This document shows, piece after piece, positions 13,871 to 27,791 of a stretch of DNA of 64,000 nt. Source of the DNA: Paraphysomonas bandaiensis. Its lineage: Eukaryota > Protista > Chrysophyceae. The stretch spans positions 25,826 to 89,825 of the forward strand of contig CBFFRP010000053.1 in the NCBI GenBank assembly GCA_965644295.1, given 5' to 3'. Position numbers and translations under genes: made by a program. Position 1 is the first letter of the stretch; each line of letters starts with the position of its first letter. Below the pieces are notes generated by a model. It had not been told where the DNA came from. It worked only from the letters and a program-made list of their open reading frames with translations, and ran no database searches.

Positions 13871-14744
13871 TCTGGCTCCAAGTTGCCCCAGAGGTAATCA
13901 CTATGTTATTCTTACAGGGTCTGAACTCACACTCTTAGCATTCTCTTCCTTCTGGAATATCGAAATTAGTTTGAGAGTTTAGACTGTTTACTTCGTACTT
14001 AATTATGGTGTTGGGAGCTGACCCACAAGTCTGGTTTGTGTATAGTATACATGCTCTTGTCTAATTCCATAAGACTGATATACAATTCAGTGTGTTGTAA
14101 GGCATTGACTGTTAATGATGACTGTACATTGCAGTCTGTTAAGTATCACAGTCAGCATCCCTTCAGGCATCAATAGCCTCAACATTATACTGATATATCA
14201 TACATATGAGAGTAGCTGTAGAATGTGATGGTGTCTCATAGGAGTGTAAGCAGAGGGATGTATGTATGTATGTATCAGTGCTGTGTAAGTAACGGGGGAG
14301 AGAAGGGTGGCATGTAGCCTGTTAAATCAAGTATCGTAGATGTTAATGTATTGTATAAGAATTGGTGTTAATATCTGTGAGTAGAGACTTCCCTATGGAT
14401 ACAGGCTATTCTCATATACAGGAGATGTCCCTCCTATGGATAAGAATGAGACAGAAACCAGGGATATACAGTATATTCTGTCAACAAAATATCCATATTT
14501 TTTTAAATATCGAATAACTTTGATCTAATATTATCGAAAAATAGGGATTTTCAACACCAGAACACTTGTGTTTTGTATAGGGGGGTATCCGTATACCTCT
14601 CCTACTATATTCACAGTAGTAGCATCTTATGTATAGAACTTAACGGATGAGTGTTCCATATCCATCATGATATATACATACATATATCCACCTTACAAAC
14701 ACATTATATACATACATATATATCAACATCAGTAATATAATAGT

Positions 14745-16500
14745 ATGGGTACATCACCTATTATTAAACCTACCTTTTATCCTATCAAAAATAATTATAA
14801 TTCATTAAAAGATTTACAAAAAGGTTTGAAACAAGCTGGTTTAGAATCCAGTGATTTAATTATTGGGATTGACTTTACAAAATCTAATATATATAATGGT
14901 TTACATTCATATCAATCGAAATCATTACATCATATATATAATGAATTAAGAAATCCTTATCAATTAGTGTTATATTTAATATGTAAAACATTATCTGTAT
15001 TTGATGATGATCATATGATTCCATGTTATGGATTTGGAGATGTATTAACACGTGATAAGAAATTATTTTCTTTTAAAGATAATGATGAACCATGTTATGG
15101 ATTAGAAGAAGTACAGGTAATGATAATACTTATTAGTATGTATATTATCTTGTGAATATTATGGAGGTTAATATGTTGAGGCTTATTACAAGCCACACTG
15201 ACAAAGTCATATGTTATATTTATTTTATACTCTGTATGTGATGAGAATTTCTTTATATTTTCAGAGCCGTTACGCCGCTCTGGCAAAGACTGTATCTCTG
15301 GCTGGGCCGACATCATTTGGTCCATTGATAAGGTTTTAGAATAGTAGTTCCATTGAATGTATGACAGGGTGAATACAGGCAGGCTCTTCGCATAGTTGTG
15401 AAGAATGATTTCCGTTATCACATACTGTAAGTATCCCTGATTTCAATATGTAGAGGTTCTTATCTCTTTTGTAGACTGATTGTAGCCGATGGGCAGATAT
15501 CGGAGATCGCAATGAAGGACAGTCTGTCAGCAATTGTTCAGGCTAGCCATTATCCTCTCTCGATTGTAATGATAGGTGTTGGGGTATGTGTTTTGTATTA
15601 TGCCAAACGTTCTTTCCGCCTTGTTTCATACTCCATTATAATATTCTTCGCTTGTCCGTCGTGCTACTGTTTATTGTGGAAGAAATGATGCAGAAATGTT
15701 ACATATTTTGACAAACTTCTATGCATACAGGATGGGCCGTGGCATATGATGAAAAAGTTTGATGATGAGTTACCAGTTCGTAAATTCGATAATTTTCAGT
15801 TTGTTTCTCTGAACGCGACACTTGCAGCAGCCCGTAAAGAGAAAGTAAACGAGAAGGTGTGTCAACTCAACTGGGCACATATCCGCCTACATATTAGTAT
15901 AATTCAAGTCTCATCGCAATCGTTTTATATAGGTTCACTTTGTCTTAGAGGCACTTATGGAGATTCCCGAGCAGTATCAGTTAATTAAGCGACTCAAGCT
16001 TATGTCACCAAACTGTCTCCAGGCTATGATTAAGAAACGACTGTTACGAGGTCAGCTGAAAATTGTGTTGTATAGTTTTATACCTCTTCTCTACTCTCTA
16101 TGTATACCATGTGATATTTTCCTAGTATATGTGATATATTTCTCTGCCAGCTGTGACAGTGTTACGCCCACCAAACGAAATGGATGCTGCATTGCACGGC
16201 TCCACTGCGAATATGTCCACTCAGTTGGACATTCCAATCAGTGGGTTTGATCCAGTGTATGTTCTAGACCGGCCAATGCCTTCTCGGTGTATCTCCCGGA
16301 CTCAATCGTCCCCCAATGTCACTAATAGTGCGAAAGTTTCTCTGAATCGCACACGCAGCAGCGATCAACTCCGCAGACAAAGCTCTGGGAGGATAGTTAT
16401 TCACGAGAAGCCTATATCTAGACAGCCTTCCAATGATCCAGAGTATGTTGATAATTTGGTGAAGCAGGCTGAAAACTTGTCCAAGTTTGTGTTATTTTAG
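14745..16500 (+). CDS. Copine/vWA-domain protein, RGLG-like (no RING domain seen); multi-exon
   Basis: Motifs GLESSDLIIGIDFTKSN, FDDDHMIPCYGFGD, LAGPTSFGPLI, YHILLIVADGQI, ASHYPLSIVMIGVGDGPW, FDDELPVRKFDNFQFV and ALMEIPEQY are joined through GT-AG introns (e.g. 15117-15264, 15333-15378). Confidence 0.85.
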
Positions 16501-17029
16501 TGTCTTACCATATATAGGTGATTTATTTTATGCTTTTTTCTTATGCTCTTGAGGTTAGTATATGAGGAAATTACTTTCGTATTTATTGCAGTATCCATGT
16601 TTGTAGTGGTTTATCCTGTATGTTATTGTGCTTTTCTGGCACACAATACTACTTTCCTCATCGTGTATGTTGGCTGTGGGCTATAGCGTGATTCCACTTT
16701 GCGGCTAATAAATTAATGTGTTCTTATGTGAAATTTCGCTGATTATTCACAACTGTTGATGTTGTGGCGGATGGAAGCTGACACATATCAGATAAAATGC
16801 TAATAAGTCATACGACAACAACAAGTTATCTTATGTTTCGTGTAGCTGTCATCTACAACAAGATATTGTTCACAACCCATAGCCAACAGCATTGCTCGTA
16901 CTATAGGCTCGTATTCGAACACTGAATGGAGAATAGTTGTAAAATAAATACCGATGTAGTGAATTAAATTATTAGACTTTGACTTTTTTTGTGCGTATGG
17001 CAGATCATAATAAGATCCGTAGTCACCGA

Positions 17030-17370
17030 TAAAGTCTATCGTAATCTTCTGACGATTATAAAAACACCATGTCCCTACAGCATTTCCAGTAGGATACATA
17101 CAAAGCATTGGTCGTTGTTTTCAATCTTTGTGGCGAGTCTCGCAATAATCCCCACCTATTTGTCGAAAATAGGACGCGAACCAGCCAAAGCGACGCGCGG
17201 GACAAAGTTTGTGACGTTAGCAGTCGCTCTGCGAGGGTTGTTCCGACTCAAAGCGTTTCTAATGAAGTTCATCCGGCGTAACACAGAACCTTCGCGCTTG
17301 TATTGTCCGATGGTACGTTCACGACAATGAAACCTGGTAGGATTCCCTGTTCGTGAACGGTCACGGAGTC
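17030..17370 (-). pseudogene. Copia-like retrotransposon pol remnant (region downstream of the integrase core)
   Basis: Broken minus-strand translation ..FVPRVALAGSRPIFDK*..GDYCE..MLCMYPTGNAVGTWCFYN fits the 'FGDYxE...LYPTGN..GxWxF' pattern I recall from stramenopile Copia elements. Confidence 0.5.
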
Positions 17371-17540
17371 GCTAGGCACTATGTCCCCGAGTATCATTTA
17401 ATATCGTCTTTTGATATGAGTAATACGTAACTACAGAGGAAGAGACAGAGTACAGGAAAGTGATTGCGTTTCGGTGTAGTGTAATCAAGTCAGTTGTGTA
17501 GAATAACAGTCTGCTTATGCTATATCTGGATACAGAAAGA

Positions 17541-18066
17541 TACATACATACATACATACATACATACATACATACATACATACATACATACATACATACA
17601 TACATACATACATACATACATACATACATACATACATACATACATACATACATACATACATACATACATACATACATACATACATACATACATACATACA
17701 TACATACATACATACATACATACATACATACATACATACATGCATACATACATACATACATACATACATACATACATACATACATACATACATACATACA
17801 TACATACATACATACATACATACATACATACATACATACATACATACATACATACATGCATACATACATACATACATACATACATACATACATACATACA
17901 TACATACATACATACATACATACATACATACATACATACATACATACATACCAACATACATACATACATACATACATACATACATACATACATACATACA
18001 TACATACATACATACATACATACATACATACATACATACATACATACATACATACATACATACATA
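17541..18066. repeat. (TACA)n microsatellite, ~525 bp, with a few interruptions
   Basis: Directly visible. The MYVC/HTYI ORFs are its translations. Confidence 0.98.
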
Positions 18067-18150
18067 CGTGCATATAACTGTTGGGGATCTCTATCATCAC
18101 TTCACTGTTAGAATATACTTACACAATTCTACATCTACAACACTCACAAC

Positions 18151-20555
18151 ATGTCATATGGATTACCTGAATGGTCATCACGTGCCATTCAACAAGCATG
18201 TCAATCTGGATCATGGGAATCTCTAATAGAAGAGGTGGAGACTGGTCTTAAGAGATCCAATAAACTGAATAAGAAGTTCTCAGACTATACTGAAAATGAA
18301 CAAGCAGTACTTGTAGAACAACAAATGAAACTAGTTAAGTGTGATATCATTCATATGATAATATTATTATATTAATTGTATTATTTTGTAGTTACAGTTA
18401 TCAGATAGTTCAAGTTTATATGATTTTAGTCGTTGTTTGAATGCATCAGTTGATGATGAGCTTATGACATTGCTGAGTACCTATAATGCATCTTCAGAAA
18501 CAATACCAAGTGTGCAAACACTTCAAACTATTTGTTCTCGTGCAGTTATTGGGGCATTAGAGTCCTCACCACCTGAATTGGCTTCCACTGCGAAGCTTTT
18601 CATTAACAGGTATGCTTGTTTTCTTTGGTAAATAATACCAATTGTAGATGGTAGGAATATTCCAGAGGGACTGAGGTCTTTTATATGGTCGTCTTCATTG
18701 AGAATTTTAAGTTGTACTCCTGAAACGGTATACATATAATTGCTTTTCACGATTACGTTCATTGCGTCCTTTCTTAGCTACCACCCTACCGCATTCCACC
18801 ATCGTTGGATGTTCTTCTTGCCAGACGCTGCCACCAGTTACTTGACAGGTTCTTTGTAGTAGATGTCATTGTCAATTTTTATATTTATTCTTTTATTTAT
18901 TAATTATCAGTCACTACTCAGAGCTGGCATCTCGATCTGCTGCTGCAGTAACGAAAGGAGTGGTGGCTGAGTACCTGCGCCGCGTCAATTGTGAACTCCC
19001 TCAATCCGACTCGGACCGCAACTCCTGGAATTCTTTTGACCGTGTATTTTTTCTGACTGTTCCTTTGAGTTGTATTTTTCCTGGTGCTGCAGTTGACTCC
19101 TCCTCCGTAAAGCCACAACGAACATTAGACACAGCTCTCAATTGCTTGGTGAGTGTTGATATTTCTATCCTTTACGTGTTCATATGCAATGTGGTTAGAC
19201 GGAGGCACGACACTTAGACATTATTAGTCGTATTCCATCCCGGGACAATGTCAAGGGAAGTAGTCTCACCTCCGCTGTCAGATTGCGATCGATATCTCCT
19301 CTGTTGTCCTACACACAGTCACTCGTGGCGCATAAAAACAAGGAATTACACGAACATTTAATTGCATTATCGACCACCAGTCATACCAAAGGAAGTGGAG
19401 AACAAATGTATAGTTTTTATGAAGTTCTTATTAATGAAAACCTGCTTCGTGGTCTCTCTGGTCTTCTATCTTTGCCGTCAACGCTCTTCGTGTGGGACCA
19501 GTGTTTTATTTGCGGTAAATTTCGTCCAACCGGTGTTTCGTCGCTCTAATTAATCTGTGTATGTTGTGACTAGGATTTTCTATGATGCTTCCTGCGGTGT
19601 GTACAGCCCTCATTTTGGGGTGTGCTAATGAACTTATTGCACTTGTTCATGCGTCCAGCCTTGCTGACACATTTGTATCTTATTGTCGCCACGCATCCCC
19701 TGAGACGATACAGCGGTAGGCACTTTGAATTTTTTTTTATCTTTGAAATGATTACTCTCTTTAGGCTTCTAACCGACCACTGTGCAGACGAAATGAGAGA
19801 TGTTTTTGATATCGAGGGAACTTACAGATTGGACTATGACGAGGATAGTGACGGTCTTCTTGTGGTACGCCATAACGCTGTCATACTACTTGACTAATTT
19901 TCCACAGGCAATATATAATCACATCGACGGTGCACTGACAGCAAACGCGAGTGTAAAATCGCCGGCGAGAAATAGTACTGGTGAAAATGGGCACCCACCC
20001 TTACGTGCTAAAGAACCGGCACACGGTGAATTCGAGGGTTCTGACGGAAACAATGCGGATAGAGCACGAAGCGATACTGCAGACACATTCACGAATAAAA
20101 CCGGGGATAAGATTGCCGATGATACAAATGACCAGGTCGGAATTACATCTAAAGATGAAGCATCGGGGCGTCCCTCAACTACGAGTAAAGATAAAGAGTC
20201 CAATGAATACAAAGTTGATACTGAAGAAACTCCTAACGATGATACTGGAAAGATTGTTGCGGATAAATCTGAAGACAACACCACAGAAAAAGTCGATGAA
20301 ACAATCCAAAACAAGTTGGAAGATGAAACTAATAATGAAGATGAATCTGGAAATGAAAGTGAAGAACATTCTACATCGAATAATTCAGAGGAAATCAGGG
20401 AGAGTAAAAGTGCTGACGATGAAAATGCTAACCGCGAAAGAGTAAGCAGCAAAAGTGTTAATAGCCGACACAGTGATGAAGAGTCAACTGGGCATGTGAA
20501 TGCTAGTCCTCGTAGCAATGCATCGAATAGGAGTTCCACTGATGGCAATAAATAG
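18151..20555 (+). CDS. Multi-exon hypothetical protein, possibly Rab-GAP TBC-like, with an acidic low-complexity C-terminus
   Basis: Chain of short ORFs separated by GT-AG introns. Motifs IPEGLRSFIW and TLFVWDQCFI resemble TBC folds. The exon structure is only partly resolved. Confidence 0.55.
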
Positions 20556-20787
20556 GGATGAATTGAATGATATATCTGGTGTTTAATAGTCGTAATTCGT
20601 TTTATAAAGTAGTTCGTGTGGAAATAGAAAAGTAGACGCACCCACCCCACGATAATCTGTAAATAATACTGAAACACTAAAAATACCATTTACAACGAAA
20701 ACAAGATAAATGAACATTTGGTTGTCAACTCAGGACTATTTTTTACCAGATAGTGTTATATACAGATATATATAAATTAGAAATACA

Positions 20788-20941
20788 GTGGTAAAGGCCC
20801 AAAGACGTCTACACAAGTGACACTTATTAGTGTCCTTTGTACAACACAGAAGATTATCTCACGTTAGTTTCCCGGAGAAATATCTCCGGTACTGATCCCC
20901 CAGAACAGCACAGAGAGGTCCGAGTCCGACTTTGTTGAGGG
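20788..20941 (-). mobile_element. Short copy D of the ribozyme-headed retroposon (head only, no LINE tail)
   Basis: Matches the head of copies A and B. Flanked by direct repeat tagaaataca (20778-20787 and 20942-20951). Confidence 0.8.
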
Positions 20942-21802
20942 TAGAAATACAAAATGGTGCTTACTGTACTCTAGATCGTATAACCATCGTAATATATACC
21001 AGAGAATCAATCAGTGAGTATCTAATAATCATTACTATAATACGATTAATATAAAATAATAGACTACGACATTGAAATCAATCAAAGCTCAGAAATGGTA
21101 CAACATTTAGATTATTCTATTAGATTTTATTCACATATCGACGTTAATAAGAACTGCTCGACTGTTATGCTTTATTGCTACTGCTGTTGTTTGGGAAACA
21201 ATTGCTGGGAGCATAAGTTTGAGGAGACAACTTCACAGTTTCAGTGTATATCCTCTACACGTTTGTAGTTGTGATGAATGGATTGCTACCCTTCAGAAGA
21301 GTACAGTGTGTCTGGCAATATCCACGATCACATTTACAACATGTTGAATACTAAACACTACGACTTTAGTCTTGGTATGGCTGCGGCAGCCTGAGCGAGA
21401 TATCCAGATATCATTCAGCCATATCCAGCACCAGACACACAGGCACACACAGCAGACTATTGTGTACAGATAGAGTACACAACAATATATTTTATTATGT
21501 ATAAAAACCTCCAATATTTCGTATAAATTTGCCAGTTTTTCACTTTCTACATTAAAATTTTCGTCAGAAATTTGGGAAAAGATAAAAAGATAGTAAATAT
21601 AGGAAAATATAACTCTCATGTGCAGAAAACTAGGGAATATATATAAAAAATGGGAAAATATGAGTCTGCAATATCTGAAAAGTGCGGAAATATTAGCAGT
21701 ATGAGACATGCTGTGTATTCATATGCATTAAGAGGTTAGTGAGAGTGCATTATATATACGCATATTAGCTTCAGGATATCAGGGTATGCAACTTCATTTC
21801 AT

Positions 21803-24800
21803 ATGGATTTATTAGCTCTTCAGACTGCTGCAGATGCTACCCTTGAGGTGTTAAAGCCTCTGAATGGGGCATCTGAGAAGGTTAGTACTATACATACATA
21901 CATACAGTACATGTATGTATATATAGAGATATATATACATATATACACATATAACATCTATGATATAGAATAAATTACTTGTGGAAGAGATAGAGAAATT
22001 GATAGTTTCTTTATATCTAGCAAAAGATTCAACATATGAGCAGAAACTAGTCCATGTTGTCGACCCATTAATTGATATACTTCGAAGCACAGAAGATAAA
22101 GTAAGAGATGCTATATATGTGTTATTGATTATAGTGTTTTTATTGTTATTTTTTTGGATTTTGAAGGTAAAAATGAAACTTCGTGAGATTGATGCAATTG
22201 TTGCATCAACTAGATCTCAAGTTGTGCAAAAGTTGGTTGTAATCAGTGAAGTATCTGGTGTATCAGTCGAGGGGGATCGGGAGACGGAAAGAGACGTGTA
22301 TGCTAACCACGCTGCTGATGCTGCCAGGGAAGCGGAGATGGAACAGTGGCGGGCAGTCCCCTCTAAACTTGCAGCAGTAGTGCAAACGCCAGGGTTTCAG
22401 ACTGATAGGAGTTCTGCCTTGGAGCAACAAGCAAAGGAAAGTACAGGTAGTGGCTCAGAAGAAAATCTTTGGCCAATTATAGTGCTACCGGAAAGAAATC
22501 AACACTTCTATTGTGATCGGGATTATCTCCCACACCTTTGTGAAAGTGTGTGGGGTGGGGAAGAAGAAATCGTTGTGCATCCCCGGGGACCAGACCGGCG
22601 TGTACCACGCTGTGTCGCCGTGCTTGGTGAGGAAGCGGGTTTGGGAAAGTCGCAACTCGTGCGGGAATTCGCTCATCGTATATGTTCCTTAGAAACTGAT
22701 GCCAATGTTCCTGCCTATCAGTTCATTGGATGGGTATGCGCAGCGGATGAGGGTAGTCTCCTAACTTCATATCGCCGCCTTGCCATCGCTATACGTGCAG
22801 CCGACCCACAGTTTTGCCGGCTCTCATCTGTTGCAATAGAGGCTCTGAAAAAGAAAGCGCTAATCGATGCAGTTAATGGGTGGTTGGCAGATCTTCCAGT
22901 GCCATGGCTACTGATCGTTGACGACGTAGACACGGAGGAAATGCTGTTCACTTGCTCCTTTCCAACTTGCAGAATGGTCACTGCGGCCGGTGCTGGCGTA
23001 ATATTCACAAGTCGGAATGTCGATATGCCAAGGCGATGGTCGAGTTTACTGCAGGATCGTTTGCATCCCGGTGTTTGGGAGGAGGAGCGTGGACATGACA
23101 TCGTTGGACTCAGAGTGATTACTGTTTCACCTTTTACAGAGGAGGACAGCTGGAAGCTTTGTCACGAAATCTTGGGACAGGACATGGACTATGGTATAGA
23201 GGAAGAAGAGGAAAGAAAGCGTGGGACCAGTGAGGGAGCTGAGGAGCGATATGACCCCAAACAACTCAAGTTACAGATTCAGAAGCTAACGGATACTCTG
23301 CATGGGGCGCCTGCAGCTTTGCATCAGGCCTACCGCGCCTGTCTAGAGGTATATCGACACAGGCGGATGCTGAGACGACAGGGAGGACGAGGAGCCCTCC
23401 CACAAACTATTCCAGTTTCGTATGCTTCTAGGGTACGGGAGTACATCCATTGGATTACAGAATTTGACCGAGCAGCAGAGAGGGAGTTCCCAACGCAACC
23501 CGTGACGGCAGGTGCGTACAAGGCCTTCTTGGCAGCCCAGGCGGTTGCCTGCGAAAAAGCTGGAGGGCGACCTCTTGCAATCAACAGGTCACTTGAGCTT
23601 TTAGCCTTCCTTTCTCCCAGCTGTATCGATGTGATGATGCTCAGCTCGTGGTTGCGACCCCCGAACACCCCTATTGTTGCATCGATTCAGAAAAAGTGGC
23701 GGCTACCGGTAGTTGGGGGCACTGATGCATCACGAACACGCTTACCCTTCCAAGATGCAGAATTTGAGATAGTTGTAGAGAGCGTATTCCCGGTAAATAC
23801 AGAATTTGGCCAGCGGTTTACCTGGCGAGTACATCGTACATATGAACGCATTAGAGATGCGCATGATGCAATGAAAACCTCGTATTCGAATGACATGACA
23901 TCTCGACGTTTTCCGACCGTATCTTTGCCTTACGGTGCATCTGACGAAGTCTTAGAAGATGCAGTCTCTCACCGACGGGCAGAATTAGCTGCATTCCTTT
24001 CCTCGCTTGTCCAGTCTGAATGCTGGGGACGTATCTGTCGATCACCTCCTATGGCAGAATTATTGGGATTCACGGGCTTTGCGGCTACTTCTCACATGGA
24101 GACTGACTCCCATATATATCAGTCCCGGGTGCTGTTGGGGTCTGGAGATGCTTGCAATGCGACAACACCACTACCAACCAAAGACTCTGAAAGCTTTGAA
24201 AAGCGCCTTCTCCCTGCTTCTGCCGATCCTTTCTTGAAGCTAATAGACCCCCTCATTACACTGGGACTTTTGGACGTATACATGAGCACCTGTGACGTAT
24301 CTATTCGACCACCCTCAGATAAACAGACTAAATCTGGAGAGGATGCAGATGGAAAGATATCCCATAAAAATAAGCTTGATGAAATGGCTAATAAAAGGGT
24401 GTTGTGTGCCATGAGTAGGCAGGTACAAGTATTAGTCCGCTTATGGCTAAAAGCCAATGGTAGGCTTGAAGAGGTCGTAAATGATGTCACGAAGTTCATA
24501 TACCTTGCGTTCAAAGCTGCACACACGAGGTACAAAAAGGAATGTCACTCACGTGATACTCCCTCCAATGCACGGCTTGCATGTGAGGAGCTTCTTCCTC
24601 ATGCTTTGTGTGTTCTGTCTACTGCAGCTTCGTCGTTCGTCCCAGAATGCTTTGAATTATCATCTATGGTGTACCACTACACTGCAAATGAAGGATTGTA
24701 CAACGATGCCATATTCTGTGCTACCCGATGTATCGAGATCGTAAAAGATCGACCTGGACCCAGTGGACCGGGTGGTGAGCATGATGGACAGTGGCACAGC

Positions 24801-27791
24801 TACCTTGCTGATATGTTCTGTCGCGTGGAGCGGTGCGACGAAGCCCGGGCTCTCTACGAACATTCGTTGTCCATATTCCGTCGAGCATGTGGAACCTGCC
24901 ACCGACACACGCTTTCTGTCTTGGAAAGATTAGGACGTCTCTTGTACGAAATGGGAAAATATAAACACTCCACTAAAGTGTTGGAAGAAGCGCTGCAGAT
25001 TTGTCGACAGTTGTACGGTAACGATGGCACTGGTACCAGCACGAGCATACTTAATCTCGCTTTGGGGTCGAGTGTACACAACAGTAGCACAGCAATAGCG
25101 AACAGCCTGCATATTGCTGACCGTATTAACCAGCTAGTGAAAGTAATGATGGTAGACTCACCTGATTCCGGTGTTGTGTCGCGCTGCTTAGATCTCAAAC
25201 AGAATGAACTCGCAATTTTGCGAAAAGCGAAAGGAGAGTATTCAGCACACGTAGCGCGTTGTTTGAACTCTATTGGTGAGCTGGAGAGGCGTTTTGGAAG
25301 GACTGCAAAAGCTGTTGCCTATTTTGAGGACAGCCTCGATATATTATCCCGCTGTGTGGGGAAGGATAGCCTCGAGTTAGTTGCTCCACTTTTCAATCTT
25401 GCCATTGAGCAGCACACAGCTAGAAAATATTCCGATGCGAAACGACTTTACCTCCGGTCATTGCAGATCAAAGAGCTGGATGTAGCGTGTGGTGGTAAGG
25501 AAGATTCAGTGCTCGCCAGTATTCACGATAGTCTGGGACAGTTTTATAGTGATCAGGGGCAGTTCGAAGCTGCCCTTAGTCACTTACAGAAAGCTAAGGA
25601 TATGTACCTAGACTTATTTGGAAGTGAAAACTACGAAGTAGCAATGTCACTCAATAACTTGGCGTATGCTTGGCAACGCATGGGAGATAAGGACGTTGCT
25701 AGATCGTTTTACTCCCAGGCCCTGAAAACTTTGCGTAAGGTAGGCAGCCGGTCTGATGAAGACACGATTGCACGCACTCAGAACGCTTTGGGAGAGCTGT
25801 GGATGGAAGTTGGAAATTACAAAGAGGCTCGCCCTCTTTTAATGGAAAGCCTGACATTACGGGTTAATCTTTATGGAGAAAAACATCGGGATACTGTAGT
25901 TGTGATGAAAAATCTTGCCCTACTTTCCTATTCGACAGGTGCTTTGGAGGAAGCTGCTCACGTCTGTAAAAATGCACTGTCCATCCAGAGTGGCCTGGAC
26001 GGGGGACAAAGTGAAGAAGTTGCAGAGTTGACCGCACAGCTGGCTGAGATAAAGCGCGTCATGGGAAAGTTGGAAGAGTCCAAGATTTTGTACAGAAGGT
26101 CGATTGCTCTATTTAAGCATGTGCATGGCCATAATCACCCTACCGTTGCATTGCAAATGAACAATCTCGCCTCTGTTTTCTTTGGGTTAGGTGCATACGA
26201 CGAATGCGAAACACTGTATCTTGAGAGCAGGAAGATACTGACGCTTTACCACGGAAACGACCACATGTCGATCGCGGCCTCGATTAATAATCTCGCTGAA
26301 CTATATAGGAAGCTTGGACGTAGTGGGAAGGCCTTGAGTCTGCATGAGGAGTGCAGGGAAATGCGAACCAGATTAGTAGGAAAAGACCACCCTGAGGTGG
26401 CAATATCATTAGCACAGGTTTCTGAAATCCTACGACAAAAAGGTTGTCTGGAGGAGGCTATAGTTACATCTAAACAAGCACTTGAGATACGCATCAACAC
26501 TTACGGCATGGAACACGTTGATGTCGTGAGTAGCTTGCGCGCGATAGCTAAACTGATGCAGTCAAAGGGTGACCTGAAAGAGGCACAGAGACTATTGAGG
26601 GATGCACTAGCTGTGAGACACAAATTGGACGCTACTGCAGCAGTATCAGGCGTCGGTGGTGATACTCTATCTGATGGTCCAGAGTCACTGGAGACTGCGT
26701 CGGTAATAGATGAATTGTGTGGTGTGCTTGATGACGCTGACTTGGATGAGAAAGATAGCCTGTGTGAGCGGTGTTTACGCATCAGAAGAATGCATCTTGG
26801 AGAGGAACACTCGGATATTGCCAACTCTCTCACTGCTTTGGCGGACATACGTTCCAAGAAGAGGCAGTACCAAGAGGCTATCGAGTTTCATCGAATAGCT
26901 CGAGCTATCCGTGCGAAGTGCTATGGTGAAGGCAGTCCAGCTACAGTAGCTTCAATTGATCGCATTGCGGACTGTTTGCGGTCCCTTGGAAGGTTTGAAG
27001 AGGCCCGGAGTCTGTATGAACAGTGTGTTATCAGCCTACGCGCCTTTCACGATGAGTCCCACCCTGATGTGGCGGTTGCGTTGACCAAACTGGCGGCTAT
27101 TCTTCAGCTGCTTGAAGAATACGATGCTGCGCTTAATGTAAACGAGAAGGCCCTGCGTATTAACAATAGGGTATTGGGGGAAGGGTCTGTAGCAGCTGCA
27201 TCATCCCACAAACGTATAGCTGACATTCATCGGGCTCGAAAAAATGCCTCTGACGCAAAGTTGGCTTACATGAAGGCCCTCAATACTTACCGGTCTGTAT
27301 TAGGACCCGAAACTATAGAGGCCGTACAAGCAATGGAAGGGCTGGTGTGGGCTTTGGACACTCTGGGTTGTGATGAAGAGGCGGCCGCATTAAGTTCGGA
27401 ATGCATCGAACTCCATAAAAAGGTATTTGGTGAGGAACATATAGAGTTGGCCCGGGAACTCATTGCTGTAGCCAAGATGCTTCGGTCGCGTGGTAAATAT
27501 GTGGAGGCATCGGATCACTTCAACCGAGCAATGAAGATCGGCATTGCTGTGCATGGAGAAGACCACGAAAACACTATAGAGTCATTGCAAGGACTGGCCT
27601 GGATACTGGACGCTAGAGGCCTCAGTAACGAAGCCAGGCCGCTGCACGAGAAAGCCAGAGATATACGAAATAGAATAGGTGGAAGCGAAAGGTCAGACGA
27701 GCTTTCAACTCCAGCCAAGGATGACCCCAAGCGGAATGCGGCAGCTTTATTAAGTAACTTGTCTTTGCTACTTAGCGAGAAAACTGAATGA
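21803..27791 (+). CDS. NLR-like STAND protein: N-terminal TM helix, NB-ARC-like NTPase, integrated PX domain, long TPR array; join(21803..21880,21969..27791)
   Basis: Walker A GEEAGLGKS, Walker B WLLIVDD and GLPL-like GAPAAL. PX-like segment at 23760-24071. Many kinesin-light-chain-type TPRs (HPxVAxxxNNLA). Hydrophobic AIYVLLIIVFLLLFFWIL. The upstream ATG exon joins in frame through intron 21881-21968. Confidence 0.85.

Noticed and set aside
14290-14486. Polypurine tract followed by a possible TG..CA LTR
   Set aside because: There is no second LTR or TSD, and the orientation conflicts with the neighbouring minus-strand remnant, so it is too weak to call.
17372-18111. ORFs of MYVC/HTYI repeats (also 40483-41148)
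   Set aside because: They are translations of the (TACA)n microsatellite, which has no stop codons in any frame.
19919-20689. 256-aa antisense ORF and similar antisense ORFs over long genes
   Set aside because: These are shadow frames of low-complexity coding regions on the opposite strand.
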